Assembly (NCBI GenBank): GCA_964016885.1
Contig: OZ024742.1
Span: 209,560,001 to 209,624,000 of the forward strand
Origin: Eledone cirrhosa
Taxonomy: Eukaryota
Direction: 5' to 3'
Length of the DNA: 64,000 nucleotides
Below, in pieces: positions 23,989 to 41,012 of this stretch (position 1 is the stretch's first letter; each line of letters starts with the position of its first letter). The position numbers were made by a program, and so were the translations under genes. The notes under the pieces were generated by a model. That model saw only the letters and a list, made by a program, of their open reading frames with translations, was not told where the DNA came from and made no database searches.

Positions 23989-25976
23989 CACCGTGTAATA
24001 TATGTTTTGTTCCCCGGTTCTAAGTGTCATTTCATGGTTTGTTATATCCCATTATTATGAAAAAACACTATTATTTAATCAGAAGTTTGGGTTTGTGGTC
24101 AGGAGTTTGATATTTCGAAATGTTCTTATTTTTCAAGAAAAAACACATTTTAAAAAGTTTATCAGTTCATATAATTAAATCAACAGAGTATATATTTATT
24201 TTATTACACAAGCTTATCAAAAGCAAACAAGTAAAAACAAATAACACTTATAAAGCAACTTATACACGTCAGAAATGACTGGATTTCCTGGATTTGCGGT
24301 TGTAGTCCAGGTTGCATTCCTGCACTAGCCCCCAGATATATTCCCCCATCATGTTTTCATTGTAGTGGCCCTGGTACCTCCACTCTATCTCTTTCACATG
24401 TTGGTGGAATCGTTCGCCTTGTTCTTCTGAGTAGGCACCCATATTGTCCTTGAATTTGTCCGGGTAAGCGTCCAGCATATGGAGTTTAAGCGACATCCTG
24501 CATCCCATGGCGCCAAAAAGCCTTTCTCAGATCCTGCGCCAGTTGCTGGTAGTTTTCAGCTCTGTAGTTGCCCAGGAAGCCCTTAACAACTGCCTTGAAA
24601 CAGTTCCATGCTGTTCTCTCAATCCTATTGAGCTTATTGGAGAACTCGGTAGACACAAACACCTTCTTTATTTGAGGTCCAACAAAAATTCCACCTTTGA
24701 TTTTGGCCTCCGATAACTTGGGGAAGAACTCAAGAAGGTACTTAAAAGCGGCTGATTCTTGGTTGAGAGCCTTCACAAACTGCTTCATCAACCCCAACTT
24801 AATGTGCAGTGGCGGCATGAGCACAATCCTCGGATCAACCAGTGGCTCCCACATGACGTTCCGGGTCCCAACTACAAATTCTGTTCGCTGCTCCCAGTTC
24901 TTTCTTTTGTAGTGGTCAGAGGTGGCTCTGATGTCCCAAAGGCAGAGGAAGCATTGGAATTTGATAAAGCCCCATTGGCGTCCAAGCAGAAAATCCACCA
25001 TCTTGAAGTCTCCAATGATTTCCCAATTGTACTGGTTGTATTGCAGAGCTTCCAAGAGGACTTTCACACTAGAAATCTTCCTTCAGGCAGACTGAATGAG
25101 CTAGGGGCAGTGTCGGGAACTGTTTTCCATTGTGGAGGAGGACAGCCTTCAAACTTGTGATGGAGCTGTCTATAAATAGCCGCCACTCCTTGGGCACAAA
25201 CAGCACCCCAATAACGTCAAACAGTCCAGGCACGTCATGGCAGGAGCAGAGGCCATCCCTAAGAGTGTAAAAGCCTGAGAAAGGTTCGTGTCGATTTCTC
25301 TGATTTGTTACCTGCACTGCCTCATTGACGAAGTTCCACTGCTTCATCCTGGAGACGAATAGTTCAGCATTGGACTTGGTCAAACCCATAACCCTGACCA
25401 AGTCATTGACTTCTTTTGGGTTTGGGATGAGGGGAACTTTTTCTGGTACCTCAGGCAGGTAATCCAAGTCCTCAGCATCCATCTCCTCCTCTTCATCAGA
25501 ATACTTGTCTTGGAAAATAAATTTGATATGCAATACAAAATAAATATTGGAAAGGGAAATACATATTTAAATAATATAAAAGAACACTAATCATACTAAT
25601 GAAAATTCGTGCTTAAAACACAACTTACCCTTTATTCAGGGTGCGAAAATCCAGTATCAATAAATCTCTTTAATCCACTTGTTAACAATGTTATACTTTA
25701 TTGCACTTTTATAATTTTCTTTAGGTATTACTCTTTATTTTATAATTTTAATTTAACCTGAAACATATATTTTAAAAAAATCATTTAACATAAGCAAATT
25801 AACTTACATACAACGTAAAATCCAGCATACAAATAATTCTAGTGAATAGCTTAGAATTTTTACAAACCAAAACTTTTAACTGTTTAATAGCACTTTTTTT
25901 TATTTGGGACCTAAGCAACACAAAAAAAGTTATTACAAGCCAGCAACAGAGAAAAGAAAAATGTTGTTACACGGTG
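23989..25976 (-). mobile_element. Chapaev-like (CMC) DNA transposon, internally deleted, frameshifted transposase
   Basis: Termini CACCGTGTAA / TTACACGGTG. ORFs give WRLFIDSS..SLKAVLLHNG, GDFKMV..LLG, PPLHIKLGLMKQFVKAL, SLKLH..., SEEQGERFHQ. Family assignment is from recalled motifs. Confidence 0.75.
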
Positions 25977-26016
25977 GGAGGTGGAGTGACTTAAATAGAT
26001 TAAGATTTATATCACT

Positions 26017-27454
<1,438 letters not shown>

Positions 27455-27461
27455 TATATAT

Positions 27462-28602
27462 AGTAATAATAATAAATTTGAAGACTAAAATCCAAAGAAG
27501 GATCGATAAGGATAAATATATATCAAATATATAAGAAGCGTAGAGCAAGTATTTATTTCGGCTTGTAAACAGAAATTGCACAAAACTTTCTTGTATTACA
27601 GCCCCACATTATACCCTAACGGATAGTACGATCTATACGCGGATATTTTACGTCTTGATGTGGTAGCTAAGTATATGTTATGTTTATACCATTACTTATT
27701 TGCATAGGTAAGTATATATTACCTGTATGTTTTGTGAAGGTCCGTATACTTTCTCGTACGTATATTTGATTGTATATGTTATGGCGTATATTTTATATAT
27801 TCTGGTACATATGCTTTTGGTTATGTGTATACGTGAGTTTTGCGTCTGTGCGAGATTGCGTGTTCGTACGTTTGTAGGGTGTGTGTATATGTGTACTTCG
27901 TGTTTTGGTTGACGTAGACTCCGAACATTTGTGTATTTACATGTAAGTATGTGTGTGCGCTTGTTATATACGTATTTATTTATTTATATACGTTTATTTA
28001 ATTATTTATATACACGCACACACACCCACAAATTTTATATGTGCGTGTATTTGTATACCTCTGGCGAGTGTTTTCGCGTATGCTTGTGTATGTACGTATT
28101 TGGATACGTGTATGTACTTATTTAATTTCTCTTACCTCTGTATTTTATTTACTTTATTCTTAACTCTGAAGCGGAGAATCATTCGGTTTCCTAGTTAGAA
28201 TTTTAGTCTACGACTTCAGTTATAACATTTACGTGGTTTTAGCTTTGCGTGCAATTGTTCTCCACGCTCCACATATGAAGTATTATCTTCGCTCTTTCCA
28301 GAGAACGTCTTTATGAACCACCTAAGAGAATTAGTCTACGACTTCTTTTAAACGTGGTTCTGTCTTTGCGTGTAATTGGTTTTCACCGGTCCAAATAATG
28401 ACGTATTATATTCGTTTTTCCCCGTTCTTAGCCAGGGAAGGTTTCCATGAACCAAAGTATCGTCTTCCTGTCTTCCTCCGGTTGCAACGTTTTTTAAATA
28501 TTCACTTCTGCGTTTACAGATTGACTTTGTCAGTTTCAGAAGATCCCGTTAAGGGTGAAAGTAGCGATTCTTTGCTTAAACTTTAATCTGTTATTTTAAT
28601 AA

Positions 28603-28608
<6 letters not shown>
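27462..28608 (+). mobile_element. Non-coding element sharing both ends with 54140-54351; degenerate hammerhead-like 3' end
   Basis: 27462-27556 matches 54140-54234 and 28541-28608 matches 54287-54351. CAGAAGA-tccc-gttaa-gggt-GAAA at ~28537-28560, then AATAAA and (TA)n. Confidence 0.65.
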
Positions 28609-28674
<66 letters not shown>

Positions 28675-28709
28675 CACAAGAATCAAAGCTATGTTCAAAG
28701 CATGTATTC

Positions 28710-28754
28710 ACTTACAATTGTTTCATCCAAACCTAGGCTTGGTTTCTTCGGAGC
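28710..28754 (-). ncRNA. Type I hammerhead-like motif (CCGAAGA core)
   Basis: gct-CCGAAGA-aaccaagcctaggtttggat-GAAAC-AATT-GTA-agt. Same stem III as 2737-2856. Confidence 0.72.
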
Positions 28755-29215
28755 ATTTTTCAATATTTGTACATATAATTGATCTCCTTTCCGACGCAGG
28801 AGACATACAGATACATATATATATATTGATGTACAGTGGAGTGACATATATTACACTATAGTATTTTTGTACAGCAATTCAAATTCAAGATCAAAATCAA
28901 AATCAAAATTAAAATAAAAATTAAAATTAAAATACATTCGGCAGATAACACAGATAATGGAGGAGGATAGTTTCATAGTCAGATCTAGTAGGTAGTGTAT
29001 GCGTTAGTTACACGTGGAGCATGCAAGTGTGTCTCATTTTTATACGATTATTGTGTGGCAAGGTATTACATGTAATGCAAGCACTTTAAGCGGGTAAGCA
29101 AGAGTATTATGGTGGTTGTAGTGGTAGGGTATTTTTAGTATAGTTCAGAAAAAGTAAGTAAAGTTTTTACATCCATCACATAAGTAACGATGATTCCGTT
29201 GTGAATGCATCAATG

Positions 29216-29264
29216 TTATTGGACATTCAAAACCTGGCGCCGCCAGGTTTTGAATGTCCAATAA
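29216..29264. repeat. Perfect 24-bp-arm palindrome, 1-nt centre
   Basis: ttattggacattcaaaacctggcg-c-cgccaggttttgaatgtccaataa. Confidence 0.97.
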
Positions 29265-29579
29265 ACACTATATGCCACTACGGTGCCCCTACGACTACAT
29301 CAGGAGTTACGGTTCCATACCAAACTTATGGAAAGGATCTATCAAGAGATAATTTTCTCTGTTCTTTCTAATTATGAAATATATAGTATGAGAATAAAGT
29401 AACTGATGGTTTTTGTATTGTACATATCTATAACAGTGGATCGACAAGATCCTAGACCTCATTCGCGTAACACGTGAGGTGGAGCTCGTTAAATCGGACC
29501 GAAAAAAAAATGTCCCCATTAGTCTTTCCAATTGCTAATATCTACCGGTAGCAAATCGGGACAGAAGGAGCAACGTGAT

Positions 29580-29680
29580 ACAAACTGTCTTTCTCAAGGA
29601 CATAACACATCGCCCAGTCCGGGAATTGAACTCACAACCTCACGATTGCGAAGCCAATTCTCTAACCATTCCGCCGCGCC
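29580..29680 (-). mobile_element. tRNA-derived SINE head (family B)
   Basis: Minus strand: gcggcggaatggttagag...GAGTTCAATTCCCGG...tgtgttatgtccttgag. Confidence 0.65.
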
Positions 29681-29759
29681 ATAGCACATTGATAATTAAA
29701 CGGTTTGGAATATGGTACTTTACAATAGAATCGGATACTCAGAAAGAAGTATCTGGAAC

Positions 29760-30215
29760 TATTTAGAAATACAAACACAGTAAACTAACAAGAGTGTATG
29801 ATGAAATTGCTGCTTTGATATAAAGTTTGGATATTATCTAAACAGCAGTTTATGCTGATAACACCACCAGAATTGAAAACCAGCTTGATACTTTCCAAAA
29901 AAGATGCCTCAAAAAGATGGCAAGACAAGATCACAAATGTTGATATGCTTCAAGGAGCCAATAGCACTCGCCTAAGTTTTGTCATCTAAAGTAGAATGAT
30001 GCAGCTGACAGGGTATGTCCTACGAATTGGGGACAATATTCCAGCAAGATCTGCAATGTCATAGTTACAAGCTAGCGGGGAAAGACTTGAAGATCTACAC
30101 AAATGGATGGCCTGCACAGGTGTGGCACAAACTAGTTCCAAGCACCAACCCTTGCCAGAGACAAAGAAAGAGTATAGTGGCCCGTTCCCGTGACGCTGGA
30201 GGAACCAGATGACCT
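29760..30215 (+). mobile_element. Decayed LINE RT 3' fragment
   Basis: ENQLDTFQKRCLKK and G.VLRI-like post-RT motifs. Confidence 0.5.
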
Positions 30216-31083
30216 GATAATTGTTGCAAATAACCGTGGACTTAAATTTTTTTTTTTTTTTTTTTTCTTTTGTTTTCTTTTTAACGTTAAACCTCTTACT
30301 GTATGCTACAAGCGTTCAGAATTATCATACGTCAAGTTTTAATGGTGAACAGGCTATTTTAAAACTATCGCTATATTTCATTCCTTACAGGCATTATTTC
30401 TGAAAACCAGATTACAAATTACAAGTTAGGATATATATCTGAAACGCATCCAATTTTGCTTTTATTTTTTAAATGCAGCCCACATATATGTCAGTAGAAA
30501 ATCTCGTTATACGTAGCACTCTCACTTTGATTTCTTATCGCTTGCGCCAAATAAAACAGACTTTCATTGGTTATTTATTCTGTTTATTGTATAAGTGTTC
30601 TGATTTAACAGTGGAATCTTTTCTTTTCAGTGAGAGCAGCACTCTTTAATTTCTTTATCAAAAACTGTATTGTTTTGGAATAAGGTCAATATATACATAC
30701 AATAAAAGCATCAAAATATTGATTTTTCTTTCTCATCAAGACCCATAAAGTACGCTATTTCTTCGCAATATCAATATTTTATCCTATACATTTTAGTGTC
30801 TTGTCAAAACAGTCAGAGAAGAAAATGATGTTCACATCCTAAGTAATAAATTTCTAAAATCAATATACGATCTTTGATGGGTCTTAAACAATGTGACCTG
30901 CTTTTACCTTATATCGTAATTAATTTTACATTTATTTAAATAAAAGCTTATTCGGTGATTTTTTAGCAATTTCCCTTTCCAGATATATATAATTTTGTTT
31001 GCCATCCTGAAGGATTGTTGCTACTAAATGTCTAAAATGTGCCGAGAATTGAAAAGAGAAATTTGAAATAAACCGGACTTTGA

Positions 31084-31142
<59 letters not shown>

Positions 31143-31663
31143 TTTTTGCCAGTTTATATTCTTTTATTTTTGCCAACATTATTAACTATCTAACTATTTC
31201 TAACTTACTGTTTGTTTGGCTCTTCTCACCCTATAATTATGTCAGGTAAAAGGGTATAAAAGTGATCATTATCTTGTCAAAAAACATAGCATGGTACCAC
31301 TTTCTAACTATTCTCATCCACCCAGCCTTTTACATTGTACACACAACAATAATTATATTTATTTGATATAGACAAGATATAAAACGCTACCGAAGGGTAT
31401 CGAAAAATGTTAATATATGAAGATAACTTCCATAAAGATTCTCCATCTGCGTAATGTAGAAACTAAATTGCCTTCAACAATTTCATTTTCGCCGTTAAAT
31501 TATTTTCAAGAATAACTTTCATATTAATGATGTGATTATCACATATACGCATGGGAATCAAATATTTCAGGCGTTCGAATAAAGTAAAGGCGACCTTATA
31601 GGGTGTTACCCAACACTAAAAACAACGTACTTCAAAACGTAATATATATTTATCACACCATAA

Positions 31664-31792
31664 TATTACTGTTATAGACAAAGTAACATCCCGATCCAAC
31701 AAAAGCTTTCTAATGTATCCCCTAAGCCTGTCAGAAATAGCAGCTAAATTTCCATCCGACCGCGAAGAGTATGGAAGGACATGTTATATATT
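31664..31792 (+). repeat. Dispersed repeat also at 32961-33081 (empty-site version of the SINE insertion)
   Basis: tattactgttatagac..gtaacatcccgatc..aatgtatcccctaa..ctgtcagaaata is shared by both. Confidence 0.85.
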
Positions 31793-32776
31793 GTTGTCAG
31801 TCTCACTTAGTTTCCAATAAGAGACGACTTGGGGCTAACGTTAATGGTAATTCTGCAACCTGGTCCTAACTTACAACGCATCTAGCAATTAATTTTCCCA
31901 CTATACTCAATAATCGATTAACATTCTGCTTTCAATAACGTACATATTTTAGAGAGATGTTTATTTAAAAGGCAATATATCTCACATTTTATTTGTAAGT
32001 GATAGAAAGAAGAAAACGATTTCGATTCTAAAAGTTTCCTAAGACAAACACGGATTGATAAGTATTGTCATACAACTCAAACTGAACAAGTCTTTATAAG
32101 ATATCCTGAGAACAATAGCACCCACTTACTTGTCTGAAATTTTGCAAGAAATTTTCTTTCATGATCAAATATCTGAGTTGCAATGTACATATTTATCACG
32201 CTATGTTCATTAGATTTGCCAACAACTATATTGTTTTAGACGAATCAATACTTTGATATTATTCCCGTTATTTCTTCCCGGTCTGATCACAAATATATTG
32301 CTTTATACAACCAGTTATTTCTATTTCCAGAGTAAATGGCAATTATAATAATATTATTGGAGATGAAAATACGGAATGAGATGCAGTTAACGTTATTTTT
32401 ATCGCAGTTGTTTCTAAGTTGGAGAGTATTATATTAGGACGCTTTTAAACAACGAGTTTACTTGTATTATAATCGTGCCTATGGCGTATTTAGTCCAAAG
32501 CCATACTTGATTCAGTGGACCTGTGATCAAAGGTATTCGAGCTTGACAATCTCGTCTTTATTGCGGTTGTGTGCAACCAGTACTATATTATCCAATGTTC
32601 ATTATTTTCTAAATGTTACGGTGTGATATCATTTGTTATTAAAGATTAATTTACCACTTACCACTGATATACCTTCAGCTAACATTACATCTGTTGCTAA
32701 TATTACATCTGTAATTGACCTTCTATTGCAATAACTAAATTAATCATTTTGAATAATGAACATTATTACTGTTATA

Positions 32777-32961
32777 GGGCGGTGAATTGGCAGTATCGGT
32801 AGAGGGTCGGGCATGCTTTCTAGCATAGTTATGTCCCTTTATGATCTGATTTCAAATCCCGCCGAGGTTAACTTTGCCTTTCATCCATACGGGGTCGATA
32901 AAATAAAGTACCAGTAATGTACTGGGTAATTGCTGGCCTTGTGCCAAAAGTAGAAACAATT
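32777..32961 (+). mobile_element. SINE family A, full length with 16-bp TSD attattactgttatag
   Basis: TSD at 32762-32777 and 32959-32974. Confidence 0.93.
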
Positions 32962-33498
32962 ATTACTGTTATAGACGAAGTAACATCCCGATCTAACAAA
33001 AGATTTCTAATGTATCCCCTAAACCTGTCAGAAATAACAGCTACATTTCCATCCAACCGCCAAGAGTATAGAAGGACATACAAGCATTATTCCAACAGTT
33101 ATTCTAATAAACGTTAAACACAACACAACTAAGGAGGACTAGATTTCTGAACCTTTTTTTTACCACAAAACCCATTACAAAATATTTCTCCCGCTCTTTC
33201 TCTTTTTGTGGCTTCTTCCTTTCTCTCTTTCTTGCTCGCCATTTTCTCACTATTTCCTCTTATTGAATTAACTACTCTCTATAACTCGAAATTTCATTCA
33301 GTTTCTATGTAATTAATTTTGTTAAAGATTACATATCAAAATTATCTATTCTGAGAAAAAATCATCTTCTCTGTTCTTGTGTGTGTGTGTGTGTGTGTGT
33401 GTGTGCATAACTGTGACTATGTTCGTGAATAGTTGCATAGGTATGTATATACACACAGACGCAGACACAGACAGACACACATACACATACTCACACAC

Positions 33499-33533
<35 letters not shown>

Positions 33534-33778
33534 AGTGGTCATTCCAGGGTAGCTTCAGATTACAGAATGATATCTTGATTTTACAATATTTCATGCAGAG
33601 TTGTGGCGAATGTCAAATACGATGAGAAAAGGCTTTCTATTCATTGATAGTTTCAACCAAGAAAAGCGATATTGAACGTGTTCTACTAAGAAAATAATAA
33701 ACAATGATTTTGGTACCAGGTCATACAGATATTATGAGAAAACAGGAAAGCAGATTAATTGGCAAAAGAGGGAGCACA

Positions 33779-34582
33779 AAGAGAAATAATTGTTTCTACT
33801 TTTGGCACAATGCCAGCAATTACCCAGTACATTACTGGTACTTTATTTTATCGACCCCGTAAGGATGAATGGCAAAGTTAACCTCGGCGGGATTTGAACT
33901 CAGAGCATAAAGGGCCGTAACTCTTTGCTGCAAAGCATGGCATCCGACCCTCTACCGATACTGCCAATGCACCGCCTTAAAGAGAAATAATAGTTTCTAC
34001 CTTTGGCACAGGGCCAGCAATTATCTCAGTATATTACTGGTACTTTATTTTATCGACCCCGTAAGGATGAAAGGCAAAGTTAACCTTGACGGGATTTGAA
34101 CTGAGACCGTAAAGGGACGTAACTATGCTAGAAAGCGTGGCGTCCGACCCTCTACCGATACTGCCAATTCACCGCCTTAAAGAGAAATAATTGTTTCTAC
34201 TTTTGGCACAAGGCCAGCAATTATCCCAGTATATTACCGGTACTTTATTTTATCGACCCCGGAAGGATAAAAGACAAAGTTAACCTCGGCAGAATTTGAA
34301 CTCAGACCACAAAGGGCCGTAACTCTTCGCTTCAAAGAATGGCGTCCGACCCTCTGCCGATACTACCAATCCACTGCCTTAAAGAGAAATAATTGTTTCT
34401 ACTATTGGCACAAGGCCAACAATTACCCAGTACATTACTGGTACTTTATTGTATCGACCCCGTAAGGATGAAAGGCAAAATGAACCTCGGCGGGATTTGA
34501 ACTCAAACCGTAAAGGGACGTAACTATGCTGGAAAGCACGGCGTTCGACTCTCTACCGATACTGCCAATCCACAGAAATAAT
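33779..34582 (-). mobile_element. Tandem array of four SINE family A copies (~200-bp period)
   Basis: Units start near 33779, 33980, 34180 and 34382, each joined by aagagaaataa. The array is closed by agaaataat. Confidence 0.95.
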
Positions 34583-35116
34583 GAATATAGATTACATTCC
34601 AAGCCTATCACAAATCAAAACAATTAGCAAAATCATAATTAATCAAGGACGAGAAGATATTGGGCGGAACGTAGAGATATGCTATCAAATGTTAATCTCT
34701 AGTATCTCAGCCATATCTATTAATGTTTAAAAGGTACCAAATACTTTTGGGGCTTCAAACGGGTCATATACCCTTAAAATATATTTTATCAAGGACAGGT
34801 CATATAGAATTACCACCATGTTCTTGTGGCATTACCATTCAGCGAGAAGGAACACTTTAAAACTGGTCTTTAAAAAGCTAACACGATTGGGTGTGCAATA
34901 TATTTTGAAAACCCCCTAGCCATATATAAGGTTTTCCAACTCAGTGAGACGACAAACAGATTGAAAACAAAAGTATTCCATTGTTCTATACCTGCCCTTT
35001 TTCCGACTTTTTATTTTCTTGTGTCTTCTCTGTCTCTCTCTATCACTGTCTCTCTTTCTTTCTCTCCCTCTCTCTCTCCCTCATTCTCTCTCTCCGTTTC
35101 TCTCTCCCTCTCCCTT

Positions 35117-35170
<54 letters not shown>

Positions 35171-35569
35171 CCTCTCTCTCTGTCGCATTTGTTTCTCCTA
35201 CATAAGGCGTATTAGGTACCTTTCTCAGTCTGTCATCTGTCATGGCTTACCAGCTTCACACGCAGGTTTAAATTGATTCATTAAATGATTAAATAAATAA
35301 ATAAACAATAAATACTAAATAAAATACATATAGTAACCTGAATTCACTATAATTTGGATAAATTATTTAAAGTGATGCTAACAATCTCCAATTAATTTGA
35401 AAATGCTGGTTCACTCAGATTTGTTACATCGGAAAATGTTTCAGTTTGAGCTTCGTAAAAATGCTCAAAAATTAAGACAAACAGAAAATCTAAAATAACA
35501 TATTCTTATATTTATCTACTCTTCTGGGAATTGTTTTGTTTTTATTCAAAATACTGTACTAATTTATAT

Positions 35570-38500
35570 AATGATGACTGTCCTTTCCAACAACACACTG
35601 AACATCAGTGACTGCAGAAAAACAGCTGTGATTAACACGGAGCTGAAGAGACTGAACATGGATATTGGCACCCTTCAGGAAACGCGTCTGGCGGACTTGG
35701 GTACACAGAAGGAAAAGGACGTTCTACTGGAAGGGGAGCGGCTCAGACGAGCCCAGAGAGCATGGAGTAGGCTTCGCAGTGAAGAACAGACTGCTGAGAA
35801 TAGTAGTACCAGGGGATAACGGCTCAGAGAGACCTCTGACTACCCGCTTCAACACACCGCAGGTTCCGTCACCCTTGTCAGCAGGTATGCCACAACGCTG
35901 TCCTCCATATCAGACACAAAGGATAGATTCTATGAGAACCTTGCATCCACTATCAGCAACATCCTCAATAGGAACAACTCATTCTCCTTGGGGATGTCGA
36001 TGCCAGAGTGGGTGCAGATCATGACTCATGGCCCTCCTGCCTTGAACAGTTTGGTGTGGAGAAAATGAATGACAATGGACAGTGCCTTCTTGAGCTGTGC
36101 ACTTATCACAACTTGTGCATCACCAACTCCTATTACCGCACGAAGCCACAACACAAACTTTCCTGGAGACATCCACACCCAAAGCACTGGCACCAGCTGG
36201 ACCTCATTCTAGTCAGACGTACCACCATATAGAACGCTCTCCACATACGCTCCTACTACAAACCTCTCCTTGGTGTGTTGCAAACATCAAGATGCAACCT
36301 AGGAGATTCCATCGAGTCAAGAAACAAGAGAATCCTTGCCTTGGTATCAACAAGATGTACCAGCCATTTGTAAGGCAATTCACAGAGGCTCTCAGGAAAG
36401 AACATCTCAACCTGGGGCCTCTGCCACAGAGAAGTGGGAAATATTGCGAAACATCATGCACAACACGGCCTTGGCTACCTTTAAAAAGAGAGTCCCAAAG
36501 TCGCATGATTGGTTTGATGTAAGTCCATCAGGATGACCCCTGTCATTCAAGCCAAGCGTGCTGCCCAAGCTGAGTACAAACGATCGCCCAGCGAAAGGAA
36601 CCTGCAGACTGTCAGGGCTGCCAGAAGCAAGGTCCAATAAACTGCAAGGCACTGTGCTAATGAATACTGGACACAGCTCAGTGAGGACATCCAGACAGCT
36701 GCCGTAACAGGGAACATCAGTACGATGGCATCAAGAAGGCACTAGGACGGCTCCAGAGCAAGACAACTCCCCTGAAATTCAGCACTGGGGTCGGCAGATG
36801 GAGAGATGGGTGGAGCACTACTCTGACCTCTACTCCAGACAGAGCAACATGTCCCACTCGACTCACGATGCCGTTGAGTTCCTGCCTGTCATGGAATAAC
36901 TTGATGCTGAGCCGACTTTAGCCGGGCTCAACAAGGCCTTTAACAGCTTGGCCTCAGGCAAGGCTCCAGGTGACGATGGGTTTCCTCCAGACTAGATCAA
37001 GCAATGCTGGACTATCCTACTGCGGCCACTGATGAAGCTCTCTACCAGTGCTGGCAAGAAGGTGCTGTGCCACAGGACATGACGGAAGCTAAGATCATCA
37101 CACTCTACAAGAACAATGGTGAAAGAAACGACTGTAACAGCTACAGGGGCATCTCCCTTCTTAGTGTTGCCAGCAAAGTATTCGCACGGGTCATCTTGAT
37201 CTGCCTGCAGAAGCTGGCAGAGAATGTGTACCTAGAATCACAGTTCGGCTTCCGATCCGAGCGATCAACAGTAGACATGGTCTTCTCCCTCTGCCAACTC
37301 CAGGAGAAATGCAGGGAACAGAACATGCCCCTGTATGGTGCTTTTATCGACCTCACCAAGGCGTTTGACCTGGTTAGTAGAGACGGCCTTTAAAAGATCC
37401 TTCTGAGTCTGCAGTGCCTGGTCGAATCTTTCCACACCAACATGAAAGGAACGGGGCAGTTTAAAGGGGGCACCTCTAAGCCATTCAGCATTCACAGTGG
37501 CGTAAAACATGGCCGCGTCCTTGCGCCCACTCTCTTTGGGATCTTATTTGCTCTGCACTTGAATCATGCATTCGGCACTGCAACAGAAGGGATCTCCCTA
37601 CATACATATCAGACGACAAGCTGTTCAACCTCGCCCGCCTTAGAGCGAGGACAAAGGTACGTAAAACCCTCATTAGAGACATGCTGTTTGCCGATGATGC
37701 GGCAGTTGCGAGACACTCCCAGCATGAACTCCAGATGCCGAAGGACCGCTTCTCCCAGGCCTGCAGGGATTTTGGACTGACCATCAGCCTTGGGAAGACA
37801 AACGTCTTGGGACAGGATACAGAGGCACCACCAGTCATCAAAATCGATAACTATGAGCTCGACGTCGTCCTTCAGTTCACCTACCTTGGTTCCACCATCA
37901 CTGACAACCTCTCGCTGGACACAGAGCTCGACAGGAGGTTTGGGAGGGCATCCACAACATTTGCTCACCTCACAACCCGAGTGTGGACAGACCTCAAGCT
38001 GGTGGTAAGGACTAAGATGGTATTGTACAATTCCCGTGTCGTCAGCACACTGCTGTATAGCAGTGAGACATGGTCCCCATATGCTAAACAGGAGAAGCAA
38101 CTCAACATCTTCCATCTGAGAAACCTGCGCCGTATCCTGGTTATATCCTGCCAGGAAAGAGTTCCCAATGCTGAGGTCCTTATTCGTGCTGGCCTTCCCA
38201 GCATGTTTACCCTGCTCCGACAGCGCAGACTACGCTGGCTAGGACACGTCCACCGCATGAATGATGTCTGCATCCCAATATGGGGAGCTGGCCTCTGGAA
38301 AGAGAGCCACCGGTCTACCTCGGTTACGATACAAGGACATTGGAAAGAGAGATATGAAGGGCATTAAGATCAACACTCAGCTGACCGGCAAAGACGGAAA
38401 AACACACTGAATCAACACCTCAAATCAGAGGAGGAGAGGTTGATGACTGCAACAGCAGAGAGGAGAGCCCGGCGAAAGGAGTGCAATAAATCCAACAGAC

Positions 38501-38638
38501 CAGAGACCATATAGAGATGTGTTAAATGTGACAGAGACTATCTCTCACGTATATGTCTGCTTAGCCACCGGACACGCTGCTCCAGCCGAGCTGACAACAG
38601 GATACTACCCATGGTCAGCCTTGACCGATACAGGCCTT
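35570..38638 (+). mobile_element. Near full-length RTE-clade LINE (APE + RT), frameshifted
   Basis: LQETRL, HGVGFAV, WHQLDLIL, GKAPGDDG, YRGISLLS, QFGFR, FIDLTKAFD, LFADDA, FTYLGS, RLRWLGHV.RM and a C-terminal C..C..H. Confidence 0.96.
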
Positions 38639-38659
38639 AGCTATATGAATATATATATT

Positions 38660-38741
<82 letters not shown>

Positions 38742-39189
38742 TGTGGGTGAGTATGCGTGTGGGAGTGAGTGTGTGTGTGTGCGTGAGTAAATAGATTGAT
38801 TGATTGATTGATATTCGAGCTATGCCAAATAACAAAACGCCATTGCCAACTGCGTAAATTTGAATGCACAATGAAAGCAGTACAATTAATGGCGTAGGCT
38901 AAGCGAGAAAACAAGGAAGAACAGAAAGAGGAAGAAGGCGAAGATAGAAAAAATAAGAAATTGAGAACGAAATCCTTCATATTACCTCAAATAATTGAGT
39001 TGTAAAAATGAACAAACTATTTGTTGCCAAATCTACTTTCTAGACCGTGTTTTGTCTTACGTAATCTTTATATTACTTAGAAAAAATTAAGATCTTATAT
39101 GTTAAGCTGTAGAAGTTTCTCTAGAAATGTGGGGTCATGAACGTGGTGACAGGAATTAAATAAGAACAACGGACAAAGAGGTCTCTATA

Positions 39190-41012
<1,823 letters not shown>

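Noticed and set aside
29600-29680. tRNA-like sequence
   Set aside because: A/B boxes are present but the cloverleaf is imperfect and it continues into SINE body sequence, so it is called a SINE head.
33779-34582. Regularly spaced repeats resembling a CRISPR array
   Set aside because: Units are whole ~200-bp SINEs without unique spacers, there are no cas genes, and the context is eukaryotic.
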